A DNA stretch of 63,972 nt, the filler included, from Octopus bimaculoides (lineage: Eukaryota): the NCBI RefSeq assembly GCF_001194135.2. It is 8 parts of 8 records of this genome, joined end to end, with 100 filler letters (N's around TTAATTAATTAA, not from the genome) between each part and the next. Parts side by side here need not be neighbours in the genome. Positions count along the whole stretch, not along the records: positions 1 to 9,457 come from NC_068981.1; positions 9,558 to 24,365 come from NC_068985.1; 6 more parts are not named here. The stretch is one strand, 5' to 3'. The stretch's first letter is position 1. Every line of letters starts with the position of its first letter. Positions 1 to 12,744 of this stretch are shown here, piece by piece. Both the position numbers and the translations under genes were made by a program. Below the pieces are notes generated by a model, which worked only from the letters and a program-made list of their open reading frames with translations, did not search any database and had not been told where the DNA came from.

Positions 1-138
1 TTTTTAATACAGAAATTCACATCTTAGGAAGCAAAAAAAATAATAATAAATGGCCGATTCTGGGCATTTTCGACCATGAGGAATCCATTGGTGCGACTCC
101 CAGATTGCTATCTTGTAAGTATGGATTTCTATAGATGC

Positions 139-139
139 A

Positions 140-168
<29 letters not shown>
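139..168. repeat. (CA)n microsatellite
   Basis: Directly visible CA dinucleotide run. Confidence 0.95.
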
Positions 169-170
<2 letters not shown>

Positions 171-186
171 AACTCAGCTTTACAAT

Positions 187-2750
187 ATGTACTGATAACG
201 GACGATGGTCAATTTGTAGTCGAAAACTTCTACCATGTAAAAATGTATGACACTTTTTAATGGCAAAAGTAATCGTTAGAGCCTCTTTTTAAATTTGGCT
301 GCAATTTTTTTCTGCTCATATCAGAGAACATGAGGCATGAACCACCACCTTCATGTTACCATCTTTATATTTATGTAGCATTACTGCTCCAATACAGTAC
401 TCAGAGGCATCTGAAGCTACTACAATCTCTGAAGCAGGATCAAAGTGTGCTAATGACAAATCAGATATTAATATTTTTTTAATTTTGTCAAACATCTTCT
501 GACAGTTTTCAGACCAATTCCACTTTACATCTTTTTTTAATAGATTATTTAGTGGAGCTCTTACCGTATGCATATTTGGAATACAATTTTGGTAATAATT
601 TGCCAGTCCTAAAAAAGCTTGTAAGGTTGCTATATTTGTCAGAGGGGGCATGTTTGTAATTGCATCTGTCCTTGACGGACCTGGTTGACTTCCATTTCTG
701 TCAATGATTTGTCTTAAATATTTTATTTTCCTTAAGAAAAATTTATACTTTTCTTCACTCAAAGTAAAGTTGTAATCCCTAATTTTTTTCAAACACAAGC
801 TCAACAAGCTAATCCCTGGATTTGCTTTTAATGAGCATATCATCCAGATATGGAATTAAGAATTCACAGTCCACTAACATTGCATCCATAACCTATTGAA
901 AAATCACTGGTGTGAATTTTAAGCCAAATGGTAACCTGTTATATTTATATAGTCCTTTGTGTTGATTGTTAAGTATTTAAAGCAGTCATTGTCTACTCTA
1001 ATTTGTAGGTACACATCAGAGAGATACAATTTAGAAAATATCTTACCACCATTTAATTTCACAAATATGTCTTCCAGAGTAGGTAGCGGATAGTGGAACA
1101 TTTTAAGACATTCGTTTAAACCAGTGGAAAAATCACCACACACTCTGATTTTATTATTCTTTCTCTTAATGTACACAGTTAGTGGTGCCCATTGAATACA
1201 TTCCACTTCTTGGATAACTCCAATTTTTTTAGTTTCTTTAAATTTATCTGTTCTAACACTGTAAAAGGTACAGATCATTTTGGTTTAAATACTGGTATAG
1301 CATTTTCTTTTACTTGAAATTTCACTTTTGTTTTGAAGCACAGACCTAATTCATCCAACAAAACTTCAGGAAAAATATTTTTAATTCTTTTTTTTTAATT
1401 TGTCTGACAACTTATTTGTACTAGTGGAAAATCCATTCACATTTTTACAGAAAAGATTTATGGGGAGGTCCCATAAGTTAAATAATTCCATCCAGTCTGT
1501 TCCAAATAAATTTGTCATATTATTCAACACAAAAACTTTGGCTTTTAAAGTTTTTCCATGAAAAGTAATGTCACTTATCAATTCACCCTTAAAATGTAAT
1601 TTTTTTTTCTGAAACACCACATGCAATTTTTGAACTTTCTTTTAAACTAGGTTTCCTGATTTTTTTTCCATGTATTTGTGTTAATTATCAAGATATCACT
1701 ACCCATATCCAATTGTAACTTTATGCTTGTGTTACTAACTTTTATATACACAAGTTTACTTTAAGGCTTGTTCATATTCCTTGTCACCAATAACCTGCTT
1801 ACATGTTATTTTTCTGAAAAATTTTTTAGACCTTGTATAACAGTGTGTTTTTTTATGACCTAGCTTACCACACTTGAAGCATTTTATATTTTTAAACAGA
1901 CAGTTACTTTCAAAATGTAGAACACCACACTCATGACATGGATTTGGTCTTGACATTTTTTCCTACTGGTCAACATGCATGAATATGAGAGCAATGTTTT
2001 TCTTCAGTTTTATCTGCATTATATCTTAAATTTATAATCCTCTGGTTTCTTCTGCTACTGCCTGTAGAGTTAATTCTTGGTCCTGTTCTAATTTTGTTAA
2101 TATCCAGGAATGTATATCTGCCTTGCAGTACACCCTTGAACAAAAATTAGACATTTGAACATATCCAGGGTTAATCCATTTAATTTGAATTTTTTACACT
2201 CTCTGTTAACAACTCCAGCAAAGGTGACGAAATCTTGATCATCTTTTTTGATTAAATTTAAACATTGCTAGTGGATACTGAACAGGGAACTTCTTTCACT
2301 GAAAATTTTCAATAAAAAATTAATTGCTTCATTGAAACAAATCTCACCTGGTTTCTTTGGCAGAATATAGTTACTATATTTTTTCTCTTCAGCAGAGGAT
2401 AACTTTCTTAAAAGTACTTTTTCTTATCAGACCAATTTTTACATTCTTCTTTGAAGATTTCTTCATATCTTTGAAAATATGCACAGAAGGTAATCCCTTA
2501 TTCTGGATTATAACTGAATTCTTCAATAAGTTTGCTATGCTGTCTGGTGAGTATGAACCTGAAGTATTTTCAGACTTAATCAACATTAATTCCAGCAACT
2601 GTTAGTTTTGGTGTTGTTGCTGCTGTTGCTGTTGCAACTGCACCACGGAGGTCAATAAGTCCTCCATGTTAAGCAATTTTTCTTTAGTTTCATACCAAAA
2701 ATAAAATTTTAAACATCCAACGCAAGCTTCAAACGACTCATCGCCAATTT
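187..2750 (-). mobile_element. Decayed Ty3/Gypsy (Mag-like) LTR retrotransposon, gag-PR-RT-RNase H, integrase absent
   Basis: Collinear minus-strand fragments: gag (MEDLLTSVVQLQQQ.., 2680-2389), two CCHC knuckles (CHECGVLH..CFKCGKLGHKKTHC, 1956-1756), protease (NLFGTDW, 1626-1381), RT (IRVCGDFSTGLNECL..YLQI, 1278-919; LQAFLGLANYY) and RNase H (VVASDASEYCIGAV..HASCSL*AEKNCSQI*KEAL..QIDHRPL to ~187). PBS-like TGGCGATGAG at 2746-2737. Many stops and frameshifts. Confidence 0.9.
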
Positions 2751-3439
2751 TATAAGCGGATGCTGGATGATTTAACAAAGCAGGGGAAGGAAAATATTTA
2801 CACAATGCACTACGAATACTGTTACATGAGGTTAAACGCTCTCTGCCAATGGCTCATAGTGAACTGCTTACTAATCAATTGCTCACCCTGAACTGCTGAC
2901 TGTTCTTTATTTTATAGCAATGTGTCAATCCACTTTTAGTCACTTGTGGGGTAGTTAAGTTGCTTGTTGTTTGTTTTTTGACACAAAGTAAATTTCTTGT
3001 GGGTGAGTAGATAAATACTTGTTTTGTGCATCTAGGAGAGTTTGTGTGACCATATGGTGATGGATCATGAGGAAGGGAAAGGGGCATTTCACAAGATCAA
3101 AGATATCCAACTTTAATTGATTTGCTATCTATTCCCTTATTCACCAGTAATTGAATGTTAATCCTTATTTATAACCTTTGTGGCTGAAGTGTTGGTGTGT
3201 TGAGAAGTAGGCCTTTACTTGTTATGCTTCACAGGAAATGTTAGAAATGAACAAATTGGTAGCCTGGTTTCTGTCTGTCTCTTGAAGAATATTCAATTAC
3301 CTACAAATATCTGTTGGTGGCAAGTTCAAATGATTCCAACCGAATGGATACATTTCTTGGCTGAACATATTTGGATGTCTTGTCAGCTGTGAAGCAGATG
3401 GGAAAATGGAAGCTTTGGATAAGAAAACATGGTACTTTT

Positions 3440-4300
3440 TATCTGTCCCTAGAAGAATGCAAGTAGTTTTTTTCTGACACTGAACATTTTCGTAAAAATA
3501 TTATTTCTAATTAAAAGATTAGTTGTTGTATACAAAAAGACTGCACTGGTTTGGTCATGTAATGTGGATGGATGCCAACCGCTCCATAAAGAAATGCCAA
3601 TCTCTCGAAGTAGATGGAACATGTGAAAGTGAGAGACCCAGGAAGACATGGGACGAAATACTGAAGAATGATCACATGATGTTGAACCTTTCAGGTGAAA
3701 TGACAAAAGACTGAGATGCCTGGCATCTTGCTGTACTCAAGAAGACCTGTGGTTCACAGCAGAAATGTTAAGACCAAGCTCCACCCTGGTGGAGAGGATT
3801 AGCCTGCACATGCCAGTTCCACATAAAAAGCACTTAGGGCAGTACCACATAAAAGTGCCCATTTGGTGCCACATAAAAGTGCCCATTTGGTGCCACATAA
3901 AAGTGCCCATTTGGTGCCACATAAAAGTGCCCATTCAGTTCCACATAAAAGTACCTATGTGCTGCCATGCAAGAACACCCATGCGGTGCCATATAAAAGC
4001 ACCTGTGCAGTGCCACATAAAAGCGCCTGCGCAGTATCACATAAAAGTACTCATGCAGTGCCATGTAAAAGTTCTCATGTGGTACCACACAAAAGCACCC
4101 ATGTGGTGCCTCACAAAAGCACCCATGTGGTGCCATGTAAAAGCACCCAACACATTTTGTAAAGTGGTTGGCATTAGGAAGGACATTCAGTTGTAGAAAC
4201 CATGTCAAACCAGTCTGGAGCCTAGTGCAACTTCCCAACTTGCCAGCTCTGGTCAAAACATCCCACCCATGTCAGCATGGACAATGAAGATGATGAGATT
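3440..4300 (+). mobile_element. RTE-clade LINE 3' fragment (ORF2 C-terminus plus 3' UTR/tail)
   Basis: KRLHWFGHVMWMD..GRP-like RPRKTWDEILKND (3523-3714), followed by the same 3' tail as the other RTE copies (gttggcattaggaagg..gatgatg). Confidence 0.8.
3817..4150. repeat. 24-bp minisatellite (ccacataaaagtgcccatttggtg), ~14 diverging units, inside LINE 3' UTR
   Basis: Units directly visible; they produce spurious repetitive ORFs in several frames. Confidence 0.9.
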
Positions 4301-4532
4301 ACTGACAAATAATTACAGGTGTAAAGGTAAATGATATAAACCAAAAGGCTACATATCTTAGCTCAGTGATATTTCTGTTTGAATCACATAATGAACATTA
4401 ACTATACAAAAGAAAAAAGCCTTTTGTGGAAAACTCAGTAATGTTCCAAATATGATTTAATGTAATAAAAATATCCAACGATAAGGAAATTTCTGGAATC
4501 AGCAAAATATTAAAAAAAAGTTGAGAGCTTAC

Positions 4533-4696
4533 ATATCCAGAGAAAGCAGTGACTGGTTCTGGGATAATATCACCACTGAAACTTCCAAGTAGGGTACTGT
4601 TATAGGAGTTGCCATCATAAATAAACAGAATGTCATACGAACACTCAGTTATCAGTTTATGAAATACCAAAGTAATAGTTTTGCTTTTGCTTCCAG
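4533..4696 (-). CDS. MEGF8: Internal coding exon of a MEGF8-like (attractin/MEGF8 family) gene, CUB domain
   Basis: Acceptor ctttcag at 4697-4703 and donor gtaag at 4532-4528; 164 nt, phase 1 to phase 0. Encodes (A)GSKSKTITLVFHKLITECSYDILFIYDGNSYNSTLLGSFSGDIIPEPVTAFSGY, which matches by recall the MEGF8 CUB segment ..LDTECTYDYLFVYDGDS..LLASLSG..P.PIEASSGK. Attractin is the alternative paralogue. Confidence 0.75.
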
Positions 4697-4903
4697 CTGA
4701 AAGGAAAACAGATAATGGGTTATATATAATAACTGTTAAATATTTGACAAGATAAAAAGTAATAAATTCAATATGATCACTTTTTATTTTCAGAGATATT
4801 TCAAAGTAATTTCATCAGACGAATTTATAGCAAAATATTTCTCTCCCATGCAAAACAATGAGAATCCAGCTTTCTTTCTCTGTGTGTGCGTGTGTGTGTG
4901 CAT

Positions 4904-4955
<52 letters not shown>

Positions 4956-5639
4956 GAACCATATAGCCTCATTTTCCAACAGCAGCAAGTGACAATGTAC
5001 ATCACTCACAAACCTTATGTGGGACCACAAAAGGAAAAAATAAATTACAGTACCAATTGGTCGGTACTATGAAATGAAAAACTGTATAAGGAATACTCCA
5101 AAGTATGTGACCCTTGCTTGGAAGAGACACTCGAAATAATATTATGTTAAGATAAAATAATAAACAAACACTTGGAGATAATCCTTAAGTGCAACCATAA
5201 ACTGAAAGGTTCATTTCTGGAATTTAGAAAAAGTATATAATGTTCAAAGTAATATTAACTCAAAAATGTACTTAAAATAAGATGATTACTTTTAATGACA
5301 AGTTAGCATTGTGTACCTGTATTATGTATGGATTATAATAATTTGAATGTGCCAATGAACTAGAAATGATATTAATATGTTATTTGCTATAAAATGTTAT
5401 AATCATTTTGGTACCATTACAAGTATGTTTAAATATATACATATTAGTATGAAATAAAAGTTTGTAAAAGTATAAGGAGTGTGTGGGAGTAAAAACATTG
5501 ATTTAACTTAACAATATAAAATGAGATGAATTGCTAATAGTTTATACGAAAGTATACATATGTCTGTATATACATGAGTATGTTTGTCAGATAAAAGTAG
5601 AAATACATGTATAAAAATGATTCTGTGTATGTATCATTA

Positions 5640-7145
5640 TCATCATTTAATATCCACTTTCCATGCTGGCAAGGGTCAGACATTTGACTGCAGCTGGCAT
5701 ACCGGAAAGCTGCACCAGGTTCTGGGTGTGATTTTGTCCTGGTTTCTACCGTTGGATGCCCTTCCAAATGCCAACCACTCCAAGAGTGTAGTGGGTACCT
5801 TTTACATGTCACAGACACCGGTGCTTTTACGTGTCACCAGCATGGGTGCTTTTATGTGTCACCAGCATGGGTGCTTTTACAAGTCACAAGCACAGGTGCT
5901 TTTAAGTTTCACCAGCAAGGGTGCTTTTACATGTCACCAGTACAGATGCTGTTACATGTCACTGCCACTGGCCAAAACAGTGATTTCACTTGGCTTGACG
6001 AGTCTTCTCAAGCACAGCAAATCATCAACGGTCACGATCACTTGCCATTGCCTCTGTGCGACTCCACACTCGAAGATAATGCTTCACTATCTTGTCCCAT
6101 GTCTTCCTGGATATACCTTTTCCACAGGTTCCCTCCACAATTAGAGATTGGCATTTCTTTACACAGCTGTCCTCTTCCATGTACATCATATGGCCATACC
6201 AGCGCAGTTGTCTTCCTTGCACACCACATCTGATGCTTCTTATCCCCAACTTTTCTCGCAAGACGATTCACACTCTGTTGTACATGCACACTGACATTGC
6301 ACATCCAGTAAAGCATACTAGCTTTATTTCTTTCAAGCTTTTGCATGTCCTCAGTGATCACAGTCCATGTTTCACTGTCATTTAGCATGGCTGTTCACAC
6401 ACAGGCATCATACAATCTGCCTTTCAGTCTGAATGAGTGGCCCTTAATTACCAGCAGAAATAGGAGCTCTCTGAACTTTGCCCAACCTATTCTTATTCTA
6501 GCAGCCACACTACTGGAGCATCCACCTCCACTGTTCACTTGGTCACCTAGATAATGAAAGCTATCAACTACTTTTAGGTATCCCCACATTTAATGGAGTC
6601 AACTACTTTTAGGTATGCTCCACATTTGATGGAGTCTATTTTCTGAATACTTCTAATGTTTATTAAACCTGTGCATCTGTCACATACAAAGACTGTTTTC
6701 CCTGTTAACCTTCCTCTAATATTGTTGCATCTCTTATGTGTCCATAGCATGCATCAGGTACGCTATATGGAGTTTCTACCTATGCCTTTTCTACATTTTA
6801 AGCAGGGCCATCTACCAGAAAGGATTTATGATTTATCTGTTTTCCTACTTACTAAGACCCTGGTTTTTGCTAAATTAACTCTAAGGTTCTTTGATTCCAG
6901 ATCTTGCTTCCACTCCTGGATTTTTTTCTCCAGTCATGGTAGTGATTCTGCTATAAGAACAAGGTCATCAGCATAGAGGAGCTCCCAGAGGTAGACTGAC
7001 TTAAATTCCACTGTTACTGATTGGAAGACTATGATGAACAAGAAGGGACTGTGGACTGATCCTTGGTGAACTCCTACTTGTACAATGAATTCAGTGCTAT
7101 ACTCGTTACCAACCCTCACTTTACTAACAGCACCCTTGTACATGG
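5640..7145 (-). mobile_element. RTE-clade LINE, older 5'-truncated copy
   Basis: GVHQGSVHSP..LLYADDLVLI (6934-7143), PHD remnant, YLGDQV..RIRIGWAKFRELL, SETWTV..LRWYGHMM..GRP-like RKTW, then shared 3' tail. Confidence 0.9.
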
Positions 7146-7164
7146 CTTGTATATTTTTATTCTT

Positions 7165-7342
7165 CTATTCTTTTACTTGTTTCAGTCAATTGACTGCGGC
7201 CATGCAGTTGAACAAATCGACCCCAGGACTTATTCTTTGTAAGCCTAGTACTTTTGCCGAACCATTAAGTTATGGGGACATAAACACACCAACATCGAGT
7301 GTCAAATGATGGTGAGGAGAGGGGGACAAACACAGACACACG

Positions 7343-7350
<8 letters not shown>
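7165..7350 (-). mobile_element. Partial SINE (family with tttcagtcatttgactgcggccatg core)
   Basis: Matches copies at 24495-24858, 28425-28710 and 34910-35295. Confidence 0.7.
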
Positions 7351-7373
<23 letters not shown>

Positions 7374-7374
7374 C

Positions 7375-9456
7375 GTTATCATTATCATCATCATTGTTCA
7401 ACGTCCGCTTTCCATGCTAGCATGGGTTCGACGATTTGACTGAGGACTGGTGAACCGGATGGCTACACCAGGCTCCAATCTGATTTGGCAGAGTTTCTAC
7501 AGCTAGATGCCCTTCCTAACGCCAACCATTCAGAGTGTAGTGGGTGCTTTTACGTGCCACCGACACAAAAGCCAGTTAGGAGGTACTGGCAACAGCCACA
7601 TTCGAAATGGTGTATTTTACGTGCCACCTGCACAAGGGTCAGTCCAGCAGTACTGGCAACGAACTCGCTCAAATGTCTTTTCACGTGCCACTGGTACAAG
7701 TGCCAGGAAGGCGACGTTGGTAACAGTCACGCTCAAATGGTGTTATTTATGTACCACTGGCACAAAAGCCAGACAGATGGAGCTCTGCCAACGATCACAC
7801 TCGGACGGTGCTCTTAGTGATTTCGTTTTCACTTGCCCCAACAGGTCTTCGCAGACCGAGTTTAGTGTTCAATGAAGACGTTAGCATGGGTGCTCGTCAA
7901 CAAATTTAGTTCGATTTCGATTTCACTTGACTCAACAGGTCTTCGCAAGCGGAGTTTAGTGTCCAAAGGAGGAATGTTACGCATAAGTTGGCTGGCTACA
8001 TCCCTGGCAAAAGCCTTGGATTTTGGTCTCACTTGGCTTGCCGGGTCTTCTCACGCACAGCATATTTCCAAAGGTTTCGCTCAGAAGTCATTGCCTCGGT
8101 GAGGCCTAATGTTCGGAGGTCGTGCTTCACCACCTCACCCCAGGTCTTCCTGGGCCTACCTCTTCCATGGGTTCCCTCAACCGTTAGGGTGTGGCACTTT
8201 TTCACACAGCTACCCTCATGCATTCTCGCCACATGTCCATACCAGCACAATCATCTCTCTTGCATACCACAACTGATGCTTTTTAGGTTCAACTTTTCTC
8301 TCAAGATACTTACACTCTGTCGGGTATGCACACTTACATTACTTATCCATCAGAGCATACTGGCTTCATTCCTTGCAAGCTTACGCATGTCCTCAGCAGT
8401 CAAGGCCCATGTTTCACTGCCATGAAGCATGGCTGTTCGTACACATGCGTCATACAGTCTGCCTTTTACTCTGAGCGAGAGGCCCTTTCTCGCCAGCAGA
8501 GGTAAGAGCTCTCTGAACTTTGCCCAGGCTATTCTTATTCTAGTAGCTACACTTTCAGCGCACCCACCCCCGTTACTAACTTGGTGACCCAGATATCGGA
8601 AGCTATCAACTACGTCCAGTTTTTCTCCCTGGAATGTGACAGAAGTTGTTTTCCCATTTTCAGTGTTTATTGCACCTGAACATCTGCCGCATACAAAAAC
8701 TAACTTTCTAGTTAACCTTCCTTTGATATTGCTGCACCTCTTATGTGTCCATAGCTTGCACTGGGTACATCTTATAGAGTTTCTACCTACGCCTTTTCTA
8801 CAGATCAAGCAGGGCCTCTACCTGAAGTGGTTTGTGTTTTGTCTACCTTCCTACTTATTAGAACTTTGGTTTTAGCTAAGTTGACTCTAAGGCCCTTCGA
8901 TTTTAGTCCCTGCTTCCACACCTGAAACTTCTCCTCTAGTTCTGACAGTGATTCAGCAATTAGTGCAAGTTCATCAGCATAGAGGAGCTCCCAGAGGCAT
9001 CCTGTCTTGAATTCCTCTGTTATCGCCTGGAGGACTATGATAAATAGGAGGGGGCTGAGGACAGAACCTTGGTGGACACCTACCTCTACCTGGAATTCTT
9101 CACTGTACACATTGCCAACCCTCACCTTACTGACAGCGTCTCTGTACATGGCTCGCACAGCTCTCACTATCCATTCTTCTATCCCTAGTTTCCTCATTGA
9201 CCACCAGATAAGGAATTGGGGGACTCTGTCAAAGGCTTTCTCCATGTCAATGAAAGCCAGGTACAGAGGTTTATCCTTGACTAGGTATTTCTCCTGCAGC
9301 TGTTTTACCAGAAATATAGCATCAGTGGTGCTTTTCCCTGGCACAAACCCAACTGCATCTCATCTAAACTGACTCACTCCCTAATTAGTTGGGCTATGAC
9401 CCTCTCCGTGACTTTCATTACCTGATCCAACAACTTGATACCTCTGTAATTTTTTG
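7375..9456 (-). mobile_element. RTE-clade LINE, younger copy truncated by an assembly gap
   Basis: RT: GKSTTDAIFLVKQLQEKY..FIDMEKAFDRVP..VGVHQGSVLSPLLF..LLYADELALI; PHD-like C4HC3 insert; C-terminus WYGHVARM..GRGRPRKTW; 3' UTR with gtgcc/ggcac repeats and (GAT)n tail. Confidence 0.93.
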
Positions 9457-9501
9457 TNNNNNNNNNNNNNNNNNNNNNNNNNNNNNNNNNNNNNNNNNNN
9501 N

Positions 9502-9513
9502 TTAATTAATTAA
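9502..9513. other. Artificial six-frame-stop gap spacer TTAATTAATTAA (also 24410, 27984, 36282, 54115, 58490, 62895)
   Basis: Identical palindromic 12-mer always embedded inside N runs. Confidence 0.95.
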
Positions 9514-9670
9514 NNNNNNNNNNNNNNNNNNNNNNNNNNNNNNNNNNNNNNNNNNNNTATATATATATATATATATATATATATGCAAATATATGTACAT
9601 ATATATACACACACATATACATAAACACAATATATATGCAATCATATAGTTATATATACATACACACTCA

Positions 9671-9714
<44 letters not shown>

Positions 9715-10889
9715 TATACATAAACACAATATATATGCAATCATATATTCATACATATATACATACACACATATACATAAATACATATATACAATCATGT
9801 TTATACATATATATATATATACTTGTGCATATATATTATATACATACTTATAAAAATATATATACACATATATTAGTACACATCACACACCCTCACACAT
9901 AATCATAAGAAAACTGGGAAGAATATTAATCACTTGTTTAATTAAATATTAAAGTTTTAATATCTTTGGTGAATTTAATTAAAATATAATAATGAATACT
10001 TTTCATTAAAAGTTTTAATCTTTAAAATTTAACATCTGCCATGTATTTAACTATAATAAAGAACACTTTTAGTAAAAGGTTTAATTAATTAAAATTTTAA
10101 CTTCTTCATATATTTAATTAAAATTTAAGCAGAAATATTTTTCCTTTCCAGATACGGAAAGCATTATGCATATGGGGCTTGAATGCCTAATAAAAAAAAT
10201 ATGTATGTATACGAATGTATGTATATAGCTGTGTATGTATGTGTATATAAATATATATGTGTGTGTGTATGCACGTGTTTGTGCATGCTTGTGTGTGTGC
10301 ATATAATAAATATATATATATATATATANNNNNNNNNNNNNNNNNNNNNNNNNNNNNNNNNNNNNNNNNNNNNNNNNNNNNNNNNNNNNNNNNNNNNNNN
10401 NNNNNNNNNNNNNNNNNNNNNNNNNNNNNNNNNNNNNNNNNNNNNNNNNNNNNNNNNNNNNNNNNNNNNNNNNNNNNNNNNNNNNNNNNNNNNNNNNNNN
10501 NNNNNNNNNNNNNNNNNNNNNNNNNNNNNNNNNNNNNNNNNNNNNNNNNNNNNNNNNNNNNNNNNNNNNNNNNNNNNNNNNNNNNNNNNNNNNNNNNNNN
10601 NNNNNNNNNNNNNNNNNNNNNNNNNNNNNNNNNNNNNNNNNNNNNNNNNNNNNNNNNNNNNNNNNNNNNNNNNNNNNNNNNNNNNNNNNNNNNNNNNNNN
10701 NNNNNNNNNNNNNNNNNNNNNNNNNNNNNNNNNNNNNNNNNNNNNNNNNNNNNNNNNNNNNNNNNNNNNNNNNNNNNNNNNNNNNNNNNNNAATTTCTCA
10801 CCAAGTGGGTGGTGTATTATTATTAATTATAAGTTATGTTTACTAACGACTGATCCATTTGAGTTAATAACAATAATTTCAGCTTTATA

Positions 10890-11990
10890 CAGGGGTCAGT
10901 TGAAAAGTTCATAGGCTGTCTAATATATTCTCTTGGAATGTGACCAAATGAGGTTTATTTTTCAACATAGCTCCCCTTGCAGTCCACAATCTTCTTCCAT
11001 TGGTGTTGCAGTGCTTAGATCCCATTAGTGAAGAAGCTTTCATCTTATTAATCAAAAAAGTCGTCAACAGCAGATATGACATCATCAACATTGCAATACT
11101 TGTTCCCAGGTAAATGATTTTTCATGTTGGGAAACAGATGATAGTCAGATGGGGGCCAAATCAGGAGAATAAGGAGTGTAATCAACCAGTTGAAAGCCAC
11201 AGTCGTGCAGAGTAGCCATGGAAACCAGAGATTGGAGTATTGTGCTGATTAAAGAAACCCCTTTTGTCAGTTTTCGTAGGCATTTGATCTTGATAGCCTT
11301 TTGTAACTGCCTCAGCAAGCTTACGTAGTACTCTCCATTGATAGTGTGGTCTTTTTGAAGATAGTCAATAAACACAATGCCTTTTGCATCCCAAAAAACT
11401 GAGGCCATTACCTTTCCTGCAAATGAAATGACTCTGGCTTTTTTTGGAGCAGGTGTAGAGGGGTGTTTCCACTGCATGGATTGTCTCTTTGTCTCTAGCT
11501 CAAAGTGATGAATCCAACACTTATTGTCGCTTAGGAAACATTTAAGGAAACCAGCTGGATCTGCCTTAAACAATGTCAGATTTCCTCATAATGTGATCAG
11601 CCTGGTGCGCTTTCGATCAGGTGTCAGAAGACATGTCACCCACCAAGCAGAAACTTTGTTATGCCAAGTTCATTCTGCCAAATATTTTCAACTCTCTCCT
11701 GGGATATGCTAATAGCATTGGTTGTTTGATTTATAGTCAATCATCTGTCCTCCATCACTATGTTGATAAAGCTAGAGTATCATCCCCTAATGTAGCAACC
11801 ATGTCAGCATGAATGTCCTTGGGGGCTAAACCCTTTTGCTGCAGGTATTTGATGACAAATTTTGTCCATTTTCAAGACAAGTCACTAGTAGTTACTTTTG
11901 AAGTCTTCTTTGAAGAGTCAGATGTCAGTTTAACTGGAAAGAAACAATGCAGTTATTAATAAGAAGGGTTGAAATTAATGCATGCAAGAT
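10890..11990 (-). mobile_element. Decayed mariner (DD34D) transposon
   Basis: WIHHFELETKRQSMQWKH..KVMASVFWDAKGIVFIDYLQK..TINGEYY..PYSPDLAP(S)DY; left terminus TA|caggggtcagttgaaaagttc at 10888-10910. Right TIR not recognised. Confidence 0.9.
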
Positions 11991-12009
11991 TTCATAGCTC
12001 TAGCATCAC

Positions 12010-12260
12010 TCAGTGGTGAGAGTGTCAGGTTTACAATTGTGAGGTTGTGAGTTCAAATCCTGGACCAGGCTGTGTGTTGTATTCTTGGGCAAGACATTTT
12101 ATTTCATGTTGCTCCAGTTCACTCAGCTGTGGAAATGAGTTGCAGACACCAGCATACACCTCCAATACCCTATCCCCACCCAGTTAAGCCCCTAATCGGA
12201 TTAAATGAACTGGAATCCAGTACGTTATCTGGTTCCAGCTGTAAAACAATGCCTCAATAA
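12010..12260 (+). mobile_element. tRNA-derived SINE (family 3; copies also at ~17030-17250, ~19270-19560 and ~56930-57180 on the minus strand)
   Basis: B-box-like gagttcaaatcc, followed by core ttgggcaagacattttatttcatgttgctccagttcactcagctg shared between copies. Confidence 0.7.
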
Positions 12261-12425
12261 TATATTTGTATAACCCATACAAGCATGGGAAGTTGGATGT
12301 TGAATGACTGATATTTTGTTTCTGTGTACCTGTCTTACATGGTTTCTCTGTCTCATACCATCTCTTCATGACTTCACTTTGTACCCTTATATTTCTGTGC
12401 CAAGCCTACAAAAGAACTTCTGCAT

Positions 12426-12744
12426 CGGGGCTGGCCAACCTGAGGCCCACAGACTTTTATCTTGCAGCCTACTCAATACTTTCTTGAAATGGGTGTATTT
12501 AAACAAACATTTAGAAAATTTTATCAAAAATTAAAGATTGCAATTAAAAGTAAAAAAGAAAAATACTACTGGTTTGCAACGATAATATTTCATATTGAAT
12601 CAACAATTATTTCTTCATTATTGTAATAATAACATGAAAAAGTGCAAAATGCTTTTAATTCTGTCAGTATAAAGCAGCCCTCAAAAAACTTCTTGTGGGC
12701 TATTTTAAAATAGCCCACAACGTAATTTGAGTTGGCCAGGCCTG
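12426..12744. mobile_element. hAT-Charlie-type MITE
   Basis: Imperfect 14-bp TIRs cggggctggccaac / gttggccaggcctg; flanks ttctgcat and ctctacac resemble a diverged 8-bp NTCTANAN Charlie TSD. Confidence 0.6.

Noticed and set aside
3765-4256. Repetitive ORFs (CHIKVPIW / VPHKSAHL / FYVAPNGH)
   Set aside because: Translation of a 24-bp minisatellite in a LINE 3' UTR, open in several frames on both strands. It is also not a CRISPR array, because there are no unique spacers.
10840-10889. Branch point and acceptor followed by C-TTT-ATA as the start of a FUZ exon interrupted by mariner
   Set aside because: Only two codons of support and no continuation after the mariner.
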